Source of the DNA: Polyangiales bacterium
GTDB taxonomy: Bacteria > Myxococcota_A > Polyangia > Polyangiales > Polyangiaceae
Assembly (NCBI GenBank): GCA_038231275.1
Contig: JBBRLQ010000002.1
Location: forward strand, 512,001-576,000
DNA length: 64,000 nucleotides
Reading direction: 5' to 3'
Under the pieces are notes generated by a model, which saw only the letters and a program-made list of their open reading frames with translations, was not told the origin of the DNA and made no database searches. The position numbers and the translations under genes were made by a program. Shown in pieces: positions 26,317 to 36,424 of this stretch (the stretch's first letter is position 1; each line of letters opens with the position of its first letter).

Positions 26317-29295
26317 ATGCAACTCGGACCCCTCCGCGCCGTTGGCGCGGCTCTCGCGCTCATGGGCCTCGCTCTCTCCGCCACCGCGTCGTGCAACGGC
26401 GATCGCACAAGCGGTCCGGAGGTCGCGGAGACGGTCGACGCCTCGGCGTCCGCGCTGACGGCGACCGGAGCCGGCGCCACGAAGCCGGTGAACGCGGCGG
26501 CCCGTCCGGAGCCGACGACGCCGAACTACTTCGCCGGTCCGGCGGACACGTCGACGTCGGTGGTGCAGCGCGCGCCGCGCATCGGCGTCGCCGAGCCGCA
26601 CGCGACGATCCCGTTCCGCGACATGCCGAACGCGCAGGCCGCAGATGAGGACGAGCGCCACGAGCACGAGCCCGGCCGGAACCCGTTCACGTTCCCGGTT
26701 CACGCGGAGGGCGACAAGGTCCTCCAGTCGGCGCTGCCGACGACCACGATGCCGGTGACCATCCAGAACTTCCTCGGCCAGGGCTCGACCCTCGGCGGCT
26801 GCATCTTCCCGAAGCCCGACGGTGGCGAGCCGACCGGCTGCACCACGCGCGGCGATCCGCCGGACACCGTCGGCGCTGTCGGTCCGAACCACTACGTCCA
26901 GGCGATCAACAGCGGCATCGCGATCTGGAGCAAGGCCGGCACCCTCATGGGCACACCGAAGTTCACGAGCACCCTCTGGGCGACGCACCCGACGACCGAC
27001 GGCAACAAGTGCGGCGCCTCGCCGGCGCAGGGCGGCGACTGGGGCGACGCGGTCGTCATGTACGACCAGATGGCCGATCGTTTCATCATCACCCAGTTCG
27101 ACATCACGAACGGCGTGAACAACAACGTCGGTCCGTCGTACCAGTGCGTCGCCGTCTCGCAGACGGGCGATCCGACGGGCGCGTACTGGACGTACGACTT
27201 TCAGTACTCGGTCGCGATCAACGACTACGGTAAATTCAGCGTGTGGCCCGACGCGTACTACGCCAGCTTCAACAACTTCGATCCGTTCTTCACGGGCGGC
27301 GAGGTCTGCGCGTACGACAGGAAGGCGATGCTGACCGGCGTGCCGGCGACCCAGCAGTGCTTCAACAACGGCGGCTTCGGCTTTCTGCCCGGTCACCTCG
27401 ACGGCTCGGTCCGTCCGCCGCTCGGCGAGCCCGCGTTCTTCATGACGCTCGGCAGTGGCGCCAACGTCCGCCTCTACAAATTCCACGTCGACTGGACGAC
27501 GCCCGCGAGCAGCACGTTCACGGGCCCGACGACCATCCCGGTCGCGGCCTACACGTCGCTCTGCAACGGCAGCTCGTGCGTCCCGCAGCCGGCGCCGGGC
27601 AACCAGCTCGCGTCGCTCGCCGACCGCATGATGTTCCGTCTCTCGTACCGTAACTTCGGCACGCACGAGGCGCTCTTCGTGAACCACTCGGTCTCCGCTG
27701 GCGGCGCCGGCGGCATCCGCTGGTACGAGATCCGCTCGCCCAACGCGACGCCGACCGTGTTCCAGCAAGGCACCTACGCCCCCGCCGACGGCAACTACCG
27801 CTGGATGGGCAGCATCGCGCAGGATCAGGCGCAGGACATCGCGATCGGCTACGCGCTCTCGAGCGCCACGACCAGACCGTCGATCGCGTGGACGGGTCGC
27901 GTCGCGAGCGATCCCGCGGGCACGATGGGGCAGGCCGAGGCGGTCATCCTCGCGGGCGGCGGCGTCGAGACCGGCAGCTTCAGCAACGGCCAGCTCGCGC
28001 AGCGCTACGGCGACTACAGCAACATGACCGTCGACCCGACCGACGACTGCACCTTCTGGTACACGCAGGAGGCCTACCCCTCGAACGGCATCTTCAACTA
28101 CGACACGCGCATCTCGTCGGTGAAGTTCCCGAACTGCGCGGCGAACGATTTCACGATCACCGTGACGCCGCCGCTCCGGAGCATCCTCCGCGGCGCGACG
28201 GGTCAGTACACGGTGACGACGGCCTCGACCAAGGGGGCCGCCGAGTCGATCGTGCTCAACATCCAGGATCTGCCCACGGGCGTGACCAGCGCGTTCGCTC
28301 CGGCCACCGTGACAGCGGGCGCCACGTCCACGTTGACCTTGACCGTCGCCGCGGGCGCGCCGCTCACGGCCAACCCGGTGACGTTCACCGTCATCGGCAA
28401 GGCGCCGGCGGCCGTCCACGCCGCGACCGCGCAGGTCGCCGTCGTCGCATGCGTGCCCGCAACGTGCGGCGCCGGCCTCAACTGCGGCACGATCCCCGAC
28501 GGCTGCGGCGGCCAGACCAGCTGCGGCCCCGCGTGCACCGCTCCGCTGACCTGCGGCGGCGGCGGCACGGCCAACGTCTGCGGCTGCACGCCCATCGCCG
28601 CGTGCCCCGCGGGGCTGAACTGCGGCACCGTCCCGGACGGCTGCGGCGGCCAGAAGAGCTGCGGCACGTGCACCGCGCCCAACACTTGCGCGGGCGGCGG
28701 CACCGCCAACGTCTGCGGTTGCACGGCGATCACTACCTGCGCAGCCGGGCAGAACTGCGGCACCATCTCGAACGGCTGCGGCGGCACCGTGACCTGCGGG
28801 CCCGCGTGCACGTCGCCGAACACCTGCGGCGGCGGCGGATCGGCGAACGTCTGCGGCTGCCCGAAGACGTCGTGCTCCGCGCAATCGGCCGAGTGCGGCT
28901 CGATCTCCGACGCCTGTGGGGGGACCCTCGATTGCGGCACCTGCACGGGCAACGCGCAGTGCACCGCCAACAAGTGCGTCACGTCGGGCTCATCCGGCTC
29001 GTCTGGCACCTCGGGCACCTCCGGCACCTCGGGAACGTCCGGCACCTCCGGCACCTCCGGCACCTCCGGCACCTCCGGCACCTCCGGCACGTCCGGCACC
29101 TCCGGCACTTCCGGCACGTCCGGCACGTCCGGCGCCGATGGAAGCACCGACGGCGGAAGCGGCGGCACCGGGACCGACAGCGGCTGCGGTTGCCGTACGG
29201 TCGACTCGCGCAGCACGCCGTCGTGGGCCTTCTTCGGTGCGTCGGGTCTCGGCATCGCCGGCATCGTTCGCCGGCGCCGCCGCGGCAAGCGCTGA
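26317..29295 (+). CDS. MYXO-CTERM surface protein: probable beta-propeller-like domain, Ig-like domain, Cys-rich repeats, SGT linker
   Basis: signal peptide; [15 protein letters not shown] domain; DFTITVTP Ig-like segment; C-terminal GCGCR...hydrophobic...RRRRR. Confidence 0.88.
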   Translation: MQLGPLRAVGAALALMGLALSATASCNGDRTSGPEVAETVDASASALTATGAGATKPVNAAARPEPTTPNYFAGPADTSTSVVQRAPRIGVAEPHATIPFRDMPNAQAADEDERHEHEPGRNPFTFPVHAEGDKVLQSALPTTTMPVTIQNFLGQGSTLGGCIFPKPDGGEPTGCTTRGDPPDTVGAVGPNHYVQAINSGIAIWSKAGTLMGTPKFTSTLWATHPTTDGNKCGASPAQGGDWGDAVVMYDQMADRFIITQFDITNGVNNNVGPSYQCVAVSQTGDPTGAYWTYDFQYSVAINDYGKFSVWPDAYYASFNNFDPFFTGGEVCAYDRKAMLTGVPATQQCFNNGGFGFLPGHLDGSVRPPLGEPAFFMTLGSGANVRLYKFHVDWTTPASSTFTGPTTIPVAAYTSLCNGSSCVPQPAPGNQLASLADRMMFRLSYRNFGTHEALFVNHSVSAGGAGGIRWYEIRSPNATPTVFQQGTYAPADGNYRWMGSIAQDQAQDIAIGYALSSATTRPSIAWTGRVASDPAGTMGQAEAVILAGGGVETGSFSNGQLAQRYGDYSNMTVDPTDDCTFWYTQEAYPSNGIFNYDTRISSVKFPNCAANDFTITVTPPLRSILRGATGQYTVTTASTKGAAESIVLNIQDLPTGVTSAFAPATVTAGATSTLTLTVAAGAPLTANPVTFTVIGKAPAAVHAATAQVAVVACVPATCGAGLNCGTIPDGCGGQTSCGPACTAPLTCGGGGTANVCGCTPIAACPAGLNCGTVPDGCGGQKSCGTCTAPNTCAGGGTANVCGCTAITTCAAGQNCGTISNGCGGTVTCGPACTSPNTCGGGGSANVCGCPKTSCSAQSAECGSISDACGGTLDCGTCTGNAQCTANKCVTSGSSGSSGTSGTSGTSGTSGTSGTSGTSGTSGTSGTSGTSGTSGTSGTSGADGSTDGGSGGTGTDSGCGCRTVDSRSTPSWAFFGASGLGIAGIVRRRRRGKR
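28450..28980 (+). repeat. about 4 coding Cys-rich repeats (CGTxPDGCGG..CG.C.AP.TCGGGG.ANVCGC)
   Basis: visible at both DNA and protein level. Confidence 0.85.
29002..29127 (+). repeat. 9-bp tandem repeat x14 (tccggcacc variants) encoding (SGT)14
   Basis: direct reading; variation confined to synonymous positions. Confidence 0.95.
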
Positions 29296-29372
29296 CGTCA
29301 CCGCTCAGGCGGCGCGTTCCTGCGCCTCGTGGCATGCGCCCACTGTGAACACGCTGGAAAAGGTGCACCCAA

Positions 29373-30896
29373 ATGCGCGCGCTCTTCGTCCGTACGTCCG
29401 CCGTACTCGCGTTCGCGCTCGCACCCGCGTTGGGGTGCTCCACGTCGACGTCGTCTTCCTCCTCGTCGGGTGGTGCGTCCGGAGACTGCACCGCCAATTG
29501 CGAAGCCTCGGGCGGCGCAGGGCAGAAGGTCTGCGGCACCGACAAAGTCACCTACGACGGCTGCGCGTGGGACTGCGGTAAGGTCCCCGTCGGCGTCTCG
29601 ATCTTCCCCGGCGCGTGCCAGGGCGACGGCTCCCCCGACGCCGACGCTCCCCCGACGCCGGCCGACGGCGACGTCATCTGCGACTACCTGAAGATCGGCA
29701 GCACCTGGCAGCCCATCGAGTGCGCGAAGGAGCTCCAGACCCTAACCGACGACGGCTCGACCTACCTCGACGGGAACAACGGCGCGGCGTTCCTCAGCAC
29801 CACGTCGACGCACGGCACGATCCACACGCTCGCGGGCGATCCGCCGGCAGAGGTGGATCACCGCTCACGCTACGGCGCGGTCAAGACCCAAGGCGCCGCC
29901 TCGAGCTGCACTGCCTTCGCGATGACCGCCGCGCTCGAAGGCGCGATCGCGTCGTCGATCGGGGACAAGACCCAGCTGAGCGACATGCACCTGTGGAGCC
30001 GCTACTACGCTCCGAGCGTGGAGGCCTGCGCGAAGGCATCGGAGAAGGGCAGCGTCGCGACGCTCGCCGACGCGAACGCGAACGGGCTCGCGTACGACGA
30101 GACGCTCGCGGCGTCGTGGGAGCAGAAGAAGGCGACGCCCGACGCGGCTGTGGTGTCGAAGGCCGACTCCCTCGGCCTCTTCGACATCGCGCGCGTCGAC
30201 CTGGTCGGCCAGAGCGGCCAGAAGCCCACCGCGGCGCAGATGCAAAAATCGCTGGTGGAAGGCCTCGATCTCTTCGTCGCGATGTTCACGAGCGACGCGT
30301 GGAACGCGCCGAACAACGGGGTCATCGCCGACTACGCGCCGTCGTCGCAGGGGGGCCACGCGATCCTCGTCGTCGGCTACAAGCAGATCAACGGGCAGCC
30401 TTACTTCATCTTCCGCAACTCGTGGGGCGCGTGGGCGGATGGGGGCTATGGCTACATCTCGTTCAAGACGATGGAGGCGAACATCAACATCGCGCTCGGC
30501 GTCGGCGTGAAGCGCAAGGTCGAGGCGCCCGCGACATGCACCCCCGGCCAATCGGCCGATCTCCGCGGGACCTGCCGCAAGGTCTGCGACGACAAGTCGC
30601 TCGCGGACGACGCCGGCAACTGCGGACCGCCTCAAGTGACGTGCGGCGCCGGCCAGACGGCAGATGCGTCGGGCACCTGCGTGACTTCGTGCAAGGCGGG
30701 AGATCAGACCGGCACGGGCTTCAAGGTCTCGTGCGCCGATCGCGCGTGCGCGTGGACGATCGACGCCGGCGTCGGCGGGTGCCCGGCCGGCGGTCAACCG
30801 TGCACGCAGACCTGCCCCGCGCCGACGTGCGCGATCACCACGAAGCAGAACGAGCTGAAGCAGACGATCTTCGCCTGCGCGGCGCCGAATCAGTAG
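29373..30896 (+). CDS. papain-like C1 cysteine peptidase lipoprotein with Kazal-like N-terminal and Cys-rich C-terminal regions
   Basis: QGAASSCTAFA, GHAILVVGY, FRNSWG; VCGTDKVTYDGC is Kazal-like; lipobox ALGC. Confidence 0.9.
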   Translation: MRALFVRTSAVLAFALAPALGCSTSTSSSSSSGGASGDCTANCEASGGAGQKVCGTDKVTYDGCAWDCGKVPVGVSIFPGACQGDGSPDADAPPTPADGDVICDYLKIGSTWQPIECAKELQTLTDDGSTYLDGNNGAAFLSTTSTHGTIHTLAGDPPAEVDHRSRYGAVKTQGAASSCTAFAMTAALEGAIASSIGDKTQLSDMHLWSRYYAPSVEACAKASEKGSVATLADANANGLAYDETLAASWEQKKATPDAAVVSKADSLGLFDIARVDLVGQSGQKPTAAQMQKSLVEGLDLFVAMFTSDAWNAPNNGVIADYAPSSQGGHAILVVGYKQINGQPYFIFRNSWGAWADGGYGYISFKTMEANINIALGVGVKRKVEAPATCTPGQSADLRGTCRKVCDDKSLADDAGNCGPPQVTCGAGQTADASGTCVTSCKAGDQTGTGFKVSCADRACAWTIDAGVGGCPAGGQPCTQTCPAPTCAITTKQNELKQTIFACAAPNQ

Positions 30897-30955
30897 CCTC
30901 GTCGCAGGGTGGGGACTGGCGGCGCGCGTGATGCTGCCCCATAGTCACGCAGCCG

Positions 30956-32086
30956 ATGGCCGTTCTCACTCGTCTTCGCCTCGAGCGTGCCCGGGCCTCG
31001 AAGCAATTTCGGGACGGCCATTTCCACAACACCCTTCCCCTGGGCTCCGGCTTGAAGGGGCCCGCGCTGCCGGTGCTCGGAGAATATTTCTTTGGCGGGC
31101 GCGCGCGCGTACCGCCCGCGCCGCTCCCGGTAGAGAGCCCGCTCGAGGCGTGGACCAAGCCGATTTCCTCGTCGGGGCTGCGCATCACGTGGCTCGGCCA
31201 CAGCACGATGCTCCTCGAAATCGACGGCGTCCGCGTCTTGACCGATCCGGTTTTCGGCGATCGCGCGTCACCCGTCTCGTTCGCCGGGGCAAAGCGCTTC
31301 CATGCGGTCCCCGCCACGATCGCCGAGCTGCCACGACTCGACGCGGTGCTCCTCTCGCACGATCACTACGATCACCTCTGCGCATCGAGCATCCGCGAGC
31401 TCGCGAAGCTCCGCGTGCCGATCGTCACGTCGCTCGGCGTCGGCGCGCGCCTCGAGCGCTTCGGCGTCCTCCCCGAGCACATCACCGAGCTCGACTGGTG
31501 GGAGGAGCACACGTTGCCCGGAGGCGAGCTGTCGTTCACGGCGACGCCCGCGCAGCATTTCTCGGGGCGCAGCCTCACCGATCGCAACGAGACGCTCTGG
31601 TCCTCGTGGGTCATCACGACCGCGAAGCGCCGCCTCTTCTTCTCTGGCGACACCGGTCTCACCGAGGAGTTCGGTGCCGTGCGCGAGCGCTTCGGCCCAT
31701 TCGACGTCGTGATGCTCGAGATCGGCGCGTGGCATCGCGCGTGGGGTGACATTCACCTCGGGCCCGAGAACGCGCTGCGTGCGTTCGACCTCCTCGGTGG
31801 CGGCACGCTATTGCCGGTGCACTGGGGAACGTTCGATCTCGCCCTCCACGCGTGGGACGAGCCCGCGGAGACGCTCCTGTCGCTCGCGGAGCCGGCAGGC
31901 GCCCGCGTGCTCACGCCGCTCCTCGGGCGACCGTTCGAGCCGGCGCACGTGGAGGGACCAACACCGTGGTGGCGCTCGGTGCTTCCGTCCGCAGGGCGAG
32001 ATGGAATTCTAGACCGCGCGCTCGGCGGCGCGCCGCCCGCGGTCAGCCCCGTCAGCTCCGTCAGGCCTTCGCGTACCAGGCCTTGA
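30956..32086 (+). CDS. MBL-fold metallo-hydrolase (RomA/NAPE-PLD-like)
   Basis: WLGHST, SHDHYDH, PAQHFSGR, FSGDTG, PVHWGTF. Confidence 0.92.
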   Translation: MAVLTRLRLERARASKQFRDGHFHNTLPLGSGLKGPALPVLGEYFFGGRARVPPAPLPVESPLEAWTKPISSSGLRITWLGHSTMLLEIDGVRVLTDPVFGDRASPVSFAGAKRFHAVPATIAELPRLDAVLLSHDHYDHLCASSIRELAKLRVPIVTSLGVGARLERFGVLPEHITELDWWEEHTLPGGELSFTATPAQHFSGRSLTDRNETLWSSWVITTAKRRLFFSGDTGLTEEFGAVRERFGPFDVVMLEIGAWHRAWGDIHLGPENALRAFDLLGGGTLLPVHWGTFDLALHAWDEPAETLLSLAEPAGARVLTPLLGRPFEPAHVEGPTPWWRSVLPSAGRDGILDRALGGAPPAVSPVSSVRPSRTRP

Positions 32087-32672
32087 TGCGCGCGTCGTCG
32101 CGTACGGCGTCGTGGACGCGCGTGAGCTTGGGGTACGCGGCGAAGATCGTCGCGGGGATGTGATCGACCTTGCCGCCGACGAACCAGCGCACGGCCATGT
32201 GGAGCTTCAGATCGACGACGTTGAGCTTGGCGCCCGCGAAGAACGGGCCGTCGCCGATCTGCTTCTCCGCGCGCTCGGCCCACGTGGGCAGGTACGTCGC
32301 GGCGAGCGCCTCACGCGCCTTCTTCTTCTCGGCCTCGTCCGCGATGCGGATCGTCGGAGAAACATGGTGTCGCATGTCCTCGACGTGGCCCATCATCGCC
32401 TCGTGGCGCGCGGCCTCGAAGTCGTCCTTCGGGTGCAGGCCGTAACGGCGGCCGAGCAGGACGAGGATCGCGCTCGACTGCGCGAGCGGCGGCTGCCCCT
32501 CCATGTGGAGGATCGGCAGGCTGCCGAACGGCGACGACGGCTTCATCGCGATCCACTGATCGCGGGTCAGGCGCTCGTCTTCGAAGTCGACGCCTGCCAC
32601 GTGAAGGGCGAGGCGACACTCTTCGCCGCGGCTCACGGGCGCGTCGAAATACGTCAGCTTGGGTTTGCTCAT
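32061..32672 (-). CDS. glutathione S-transferase (Sigma-class-like)
   Basis: KLTYF..RGEECRLAL, PFGSLPIL, QSSAI, VVDL. Confidence 0.9.
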   Translation of the reverse strand: MSKPKLTYFDAPVSRGEECRLALHVAGVDFEDERLTRDQWIAMKPSSPFGSLPILHMEGQPPLAQSSAILVLLGRRYGLHPKDDFEAARHEAMMGHVEDMRHHVSPTIRIADEAEKKKAREALAATYLPTWAERAEKQIGDGPFFAGAKLNVVDLKLHMAVRWFVGGKVDHIPATIFAAYPKLTRVHDAVRDDARIKAWYAKA

Positions 32673-32760
32673 GGACGCTTTGATGCCGGCAGATGCCGGC
32701 AGATGCGAGAGAGCACGAACCGCGGCGCGCATTTCGGCGCGCCGGGCTCGCGGTTGGGGG

Positions 32761-32958
32761 TCAGACCAGCTTGACGTTCTCGGCGCGGGGACCCTTGGGG
32801 CCCTGGCCTTCGGTGAACGAGACCTTCTGGCCCTGCTTCAGGTCCTCGAAGCGAACGCCCTCGCAGGCGGACATGTGGAAGAAGAGGTCTTTACCGCTGC
32901 CGGTCTCGATGAATCCGAAACCCTTGTCGGTCAACCGCTTGATAGTGCCTTCAGACAT
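32761..32958 (-). CDS. cold-shock protein (CSD)
   Basis: KGFGFI and LFFHMS RNP motifs, GPKGPRAENV; SD AAGGAG; 65 aa. Confidence 0.95.
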   Translation of the reverse strand: MSEGTIKRLTDKGFGFIETGSGKDLFFHMSACEGVRFEDLKQGQKVSFTEGQGPKGPRAENVKLV

Positions 32959-33098
32959 TCGAGGACTCCTTGGTAGACGCAAGCGTCGGCCGGGAACGGC
33001 TCCCGGCAAATCACCTGCGGAGCCGCGTCGTAGCGCGGTTTCGTCCGAGTTACCACCGGCACGGACGGGCGACGCCGCCGAGGGCGCGAAAGCAGGCA

Positions 33099-33137
33099 CA
33101 AAACGAAAACGCCCCGCCGGAAAAACCGACGAGGCGT
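33099..33137 (-). terminator. intrinsic terminator of the RRM gene
   Basis: minus strand ACGCCUCGUCGG-UUUUU-CCGGCGGGGCGU: 12-bp stem (2 G:U) followed by UUUCGUUUU. Confidence 0.85.
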
Positions 33138-33168
33138 CCTCTAGAGAACGGCTGAGCCGTTCTGCTGC

Positions 33169-33492
33169 TTACCAGCGACCGCCGCCGCCGCCGCCGCCAC
33201 GGCCACCGCCGCCGCCGCCACGACCACCGCCGCCGCCGCCGCTCTGGCGCTCCTCGGCCTCGTTGACCTTGAGCGCGCGACCGTCGAGGAGCGCGCCGTT
33301 CATCTCGGCGATCGCCTTCTGCGCGCCTTCCGAGGTGCCCATCGTGACGAAGCCGAAGCCGCGCGAGCGGCCGGTGTCGCGATCCGACACGAGGTGCACG
33401 TCGGTGATCTCACCGAAGGCAGCGAAAGCCTCACGGAGCGAGTCCGCGTTGGCGTTGAAAGAGAGGTTCCCGACGTAAAGACGATTTCCCAT
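33169..33492 (-). CDS. RRM RNA-binding protein with Gly-rich tail
   Basis: RNP2 LYVGNL, RNP1 RGFGFV, GGGGR repeats. Confidence 0.95.
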   Translation of the reverse strand: MGNRLYVGNLSFNANADSLREAFAAFGEITDVHLVSDRDTGRSRGFGFVTMGTSEGAQKAIAEMNGALLDGRALKVNEAEERQSGGGGGGRGGGGGGRGGGGGGGRW

Positions 33493-33753
33493 GGTGTTCT
33501 CGATTCAGTAGGTCACGTATCGCAGCGAGCATCGCACACCCGAGAATCGAGAGAGCGCCGTCGTGGTCATTGTGAATCCGTGGGCGGAACCATAGCCCCA
33601 GAATCGGAGCGTGCCGCAAAATCGACCAAAATTCCGACCGCACCCCGAAAAAAAGACAAAAGCGGCGCCCCGCGGTCGATCTTGCGCGCCGTCACTTGTC
33701 GTCCCTATCGAGCGGGGGGAAAAGGCGCCCCCCGTAAAAGAGGAGAGAAGACG

Positions 33754-34191
33754 ATGCGTTTCATGGTGATCGTGAAAGCGAGCAAGCTGTCGGAGTCGGG
33801 GGCGATGCCCGACGAGAAGATCCTGGCGGCCATGGGCAAATTCAATGAAGAGCTGGCGAAGGCGGGCGTGCTGCTCGACCTGTCGGGGCTGAAGCCGAGC
33901 TCGCAGGGCGCGCGCGTTCGCTTCTCGGGCGACACGCGCGCCGTCCTCGACGGACCGTTCCCGGAAACCAAGGAGCTCATCGCGGGCTACTGGATCCTCC
34001 AGACCAAATCGCTCGCCGAGTGCATCGAGTGGGTCAAGCGCTGCCCGAATCCGCACCCGGGCGAGGGCGAATCCGAGATCGAGATCCGTCCGTTCTTCGA
34101 GCTCGGGGATTTCGAGATGACCGACGCGACCAAGGCGATTCACGAGGGCGTCGGCGCCACGCTCGAGAAGGACAAGCCCGCGCGCGCCTAG
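33754..34191 (+). CDS. YciI/DGPF-domain protein
   Basis: MRFMVIVK, DGPFPETKELIAGYW, IEIRP; SD GAGGAG. Confidence 0.92.
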   Translation: MRFMVIVKASKLSESGAMPDEKILAAMGKFNEELAKAGVLLDLSGLKPSSQGARVRFSGDTRAVLDGPFPETKELIAGYWILQTKSLAECIEWVKRCPNPHPGEGESEIEIRPFFELGDFEMTDATKAIHEGVGATLEKDKPARA

Positions 34192-34232
34192 CGGCGGTTC
34201 CATTCGAGGGGCAGCTGCTCTAGACCGAGGCC

Positions 34233-35507
34233 GTGGCGGTCTCGGATCTAGAGCGAACGGTCGCGGCGCTCGCTCGGATCGAGTCGCCGAAGCTCATCGC
34301 CCGCCTCGGGCGCATCGTGCGCGACGTCGGGGTCGCAGAGGAGCTCGCCCAAGACGCGCTCGTCCTCGCGCTCGAGACGTGGGGAAAATCGGGCGTGCCC
34401 GACAACCCGGGCGCGTGGCTCATGGCGACCGCGAAGAACCGCGCCCTCAACGCGCTGACGCGACGCAAGATGCTCGCGCGGAAGCACGAGGAGGTCGGCC
34501 GCGATCTCGAGGAAGAGGAGCGGCTCGATCCGGCGGAGCAGCTCGACGCGGCGCTCGACGACGACGTGGGGGACGATCTGCTGCGCCTCGTCTTCGTCGC
34601 GTGCCACCCGGTGCTGGCTCCCGACGCGCGCGTCGCGCTGACGTTACGCCTCCTCGGCGGCCTGACCACGCAAGAGATCGCGCGCGCGTTCGTGGTCCCG
34701 GAGCCGACGATCGCGCAGCGCATCGTGCGCGCGAAGCGGACGCTCGCCGACGAGAAGGTCCCGTTCGAGAACGTGCGGCGCGAAGAGCTCGGGGCTCGCC
34801 TCTCGTCGGTGCTCGAGGTCGTCTACTTGATCTTCAATGAGGGCTACGCCGCGACGGCGGGAGACGACTGGATGCGCCCAGGGCTGTGCGAGGACGCGCT
34901 GCGGCTCGGGCGCATCCTCGTGGGGCTGGTTCCGGAGGAGGGCGAGGCCCACGGGCTCGTCGCGCTGATGGAGCTGCACGCGTCGCGCACTCCGGCGCGC
35001 CTCGGGGCGGACGGTGAGCCGGTGCTCCTCGCGGCGCAGAACCGCGCGCGCTGGGATCGCCTCCTGGTGCGACGCGGTCTCGCCGCGCTCGAACGCGCGG
35101 AGTCTCTTGCGCGTCGAGACGGCGGAGCACGCGGCGCGTACACGCTGCAAGCCGCGATCTCGGCCTGCCACGCGCGCGCGCCGTCGGCGGCGGAGACGGA
35201 GTGGGCCCGCATCGCAGCGCTCTACGGAGAGCTCGTCGTCGTTACGCGCTCGCCGATCGTCGAGCTCAATCGCGCGGTCGCCGTGGCGATGGCGGAAGGG
35301 CCCGCGGCCGGCCTCGCGATCCTCGACGAGCTCTCAGACGAGCCCGCGCTCGCGGGCTACCACCTGTTCCCGACCGCGCGCGGCGATCTGCTCGAGAAGC
35401 TCGGGCGCCGGGCGGATGCGGCGACCGAGTTCGCGCGCGCGGCGCTGCTCACGAAGAACGAGCGGGAACGGGCGGTGCTGTCGGCGCGAGCCGCGGCGTG
35501 TCGTTAG
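34233..35507 (+). CDS. ECF sigma factor with C-terminal TPR/DUF6596 extension (ECF42-type)
   Basis: AEELAQDA, DDLLRLVFVACHP, LRLLGGLTTQEIARAF, IAQRIVRAKR, YLIFNEGY; paired with a DGPF gene. Confidence 0.92.
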   Translation: MAVSDLERTVAALARIESPKLIARLGRIVRDVGVAEELAQDALVLALETWGKSGVPDNPGAWLMATAKNRALNALTRRKMLARKHEEVGRDLEEEERLDPAEQLDAALDDDVGDDLLRLVFVACHPVLAPDARVALTLRLLGGLTTQEIARAFVVPEPTIAQRIVRAKRTLADEKVPFENVRREELGARLSSVLEVVYLIFNEGYAATAGDDWMRPGLCEDALRLGRILVGLVPEEGEAHGLVALMELHASRTPARLGADGEPVLLAAQNRARWDRLLVRRGLAALERAESLARRDGGARGAYTLQAAISACHARAPSAAETEWARIAALYGELVVVTRSPIVELNRAVAVAMAEGPAAGLAILDELSDEPALAGYHLFPTARGDLLEKLGRRADAATEFARAALLTKNERERAVLSARAAACR

Positions 35508-36357
35508 CGCGGATGTAGGCGACGAGCCATACGCCGCCCGCGAGCATGGCGACCGCCGCCCATTGCCCCGGCGTGAGCGCGAGGTAACGGGGGTCACCGC
35601 CCTCGGCGTCCTCCGCGCGCAAGAAATCGAGCGCGAACCGTACCGGCGCATACAAGAGGAGGGACGCCGCCGCGTAGCTCCCGACGGGGAGCTTCTTGTT
35701 CCACGTCGCGACGAAGAGCGCCGACACGAAGATCGTGAACACCAGCTCGAGGAGGCCGAGATCGTATTGCGGCCGCCAACCGTGGTGCAGCTCGAAGAAG
35801 CCATACGACGTCGACGGCCCCGGCCCGAACGCGACGGCGAAGGGGGAGGTCGCCGATGCGCGGGCGCCGGGGTGATCGTGCACGATGGCGCAGCCGAGGC
35901 GCCCCGAAATCCACGCGACCGGAAAGACGGCGGCGATGATGTCGCCGATCGGCAGGATGGGCCGCGGGGAGGCGCGACGCGCGACGCGGTACGCCTCGAA
36001 CGGCCCGATCTTCGCCGGGACCAGCTCGAAGTACTTCCACGCCGTCGCCCCGAGGGCGGCGCCGAGAAACCCGCCGAACGAGCTGATCCCCTGCCACACC
36101 AAGAGGAGCGACCAGGGACGGCGCACGATCTCCATCGGGTGGTAACAAATCTCGTCGAAGACGTGCGCGGTGACGAAACCGAACGTCAGCATCCACCAGA
36201 CGAAGGTCATGAGCTCGGCGACGTCCGCGCCGCGCTTTCGTGCACGCCGGCGCGCGAGCTCGATGCCGCCGAAGACGGCGATGGCGACGAGCAGCCCGAA
36301 CGGGGAGAACGTGAGCGACCCGATCTTGAGGACGTAGACTTCGATGTACGGGATCAC
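35449..36357 (-). CDS. lgt: prolipoprotein diacylglyceryl transferase family protein
   Basis: multiple TM helices, WQGISSFGG, GRLGC, RFALDFLR, TPGQW. Confidence 0.8.
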   Translation of the reverse strand: MIPYIEVYVLKIGSLTFSPFGLLVAIAVFGGIELARRRARKRGADVAELMTFVWWMLTFGFVTAHVFDEICYHPMEIVRRPWSLLLVWQGISSFGGFLGAALGATAWKYFELVPAKIGPFEAYRVARRASPRPILPIGDIIAAVFPVAWISGRLGCAIVHDHPGARASATSPFAVAFGPGPSTSYGFFELHHGWRPQYDLGLLELVFTIFVSALFVATWNKKLPVGSYAAASLLLYAPVRFALDFLRAEDAEGGDPRYLALTPGQWAAVAMLAGGVWLVAYIRANDTPRLAPTAPPVPARSS

Positions 36358-36424
36358 GGGGCGCGACTCCTACCACAAGGCGACGCGCCCGCCGCAGACG
36401 GACGCGTCCGCTCGCGTTGCGGCG

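Noticed and set aside
29002-29127. Tandem arrays (also 51334-51393 and 33178-33243) as CRISPR or non-coding repeats
   Set aside because: No spacers; unit lengths are multiples of 3 and encode in-frame Ser/Gly/Thr or Gly/Arg linkers
29330-29346. Sigma54 promoter TGGCATG upstream of the C1 peptidase
   Set aside because: No GC at the -12 position
33674-33703. ECF42 promoter upstream of the DGPF gene (GGTCGA...CGTC)
   Set aside because: Candidate spacers are 10 or 20 bp, which do not fit an ECF promoter well
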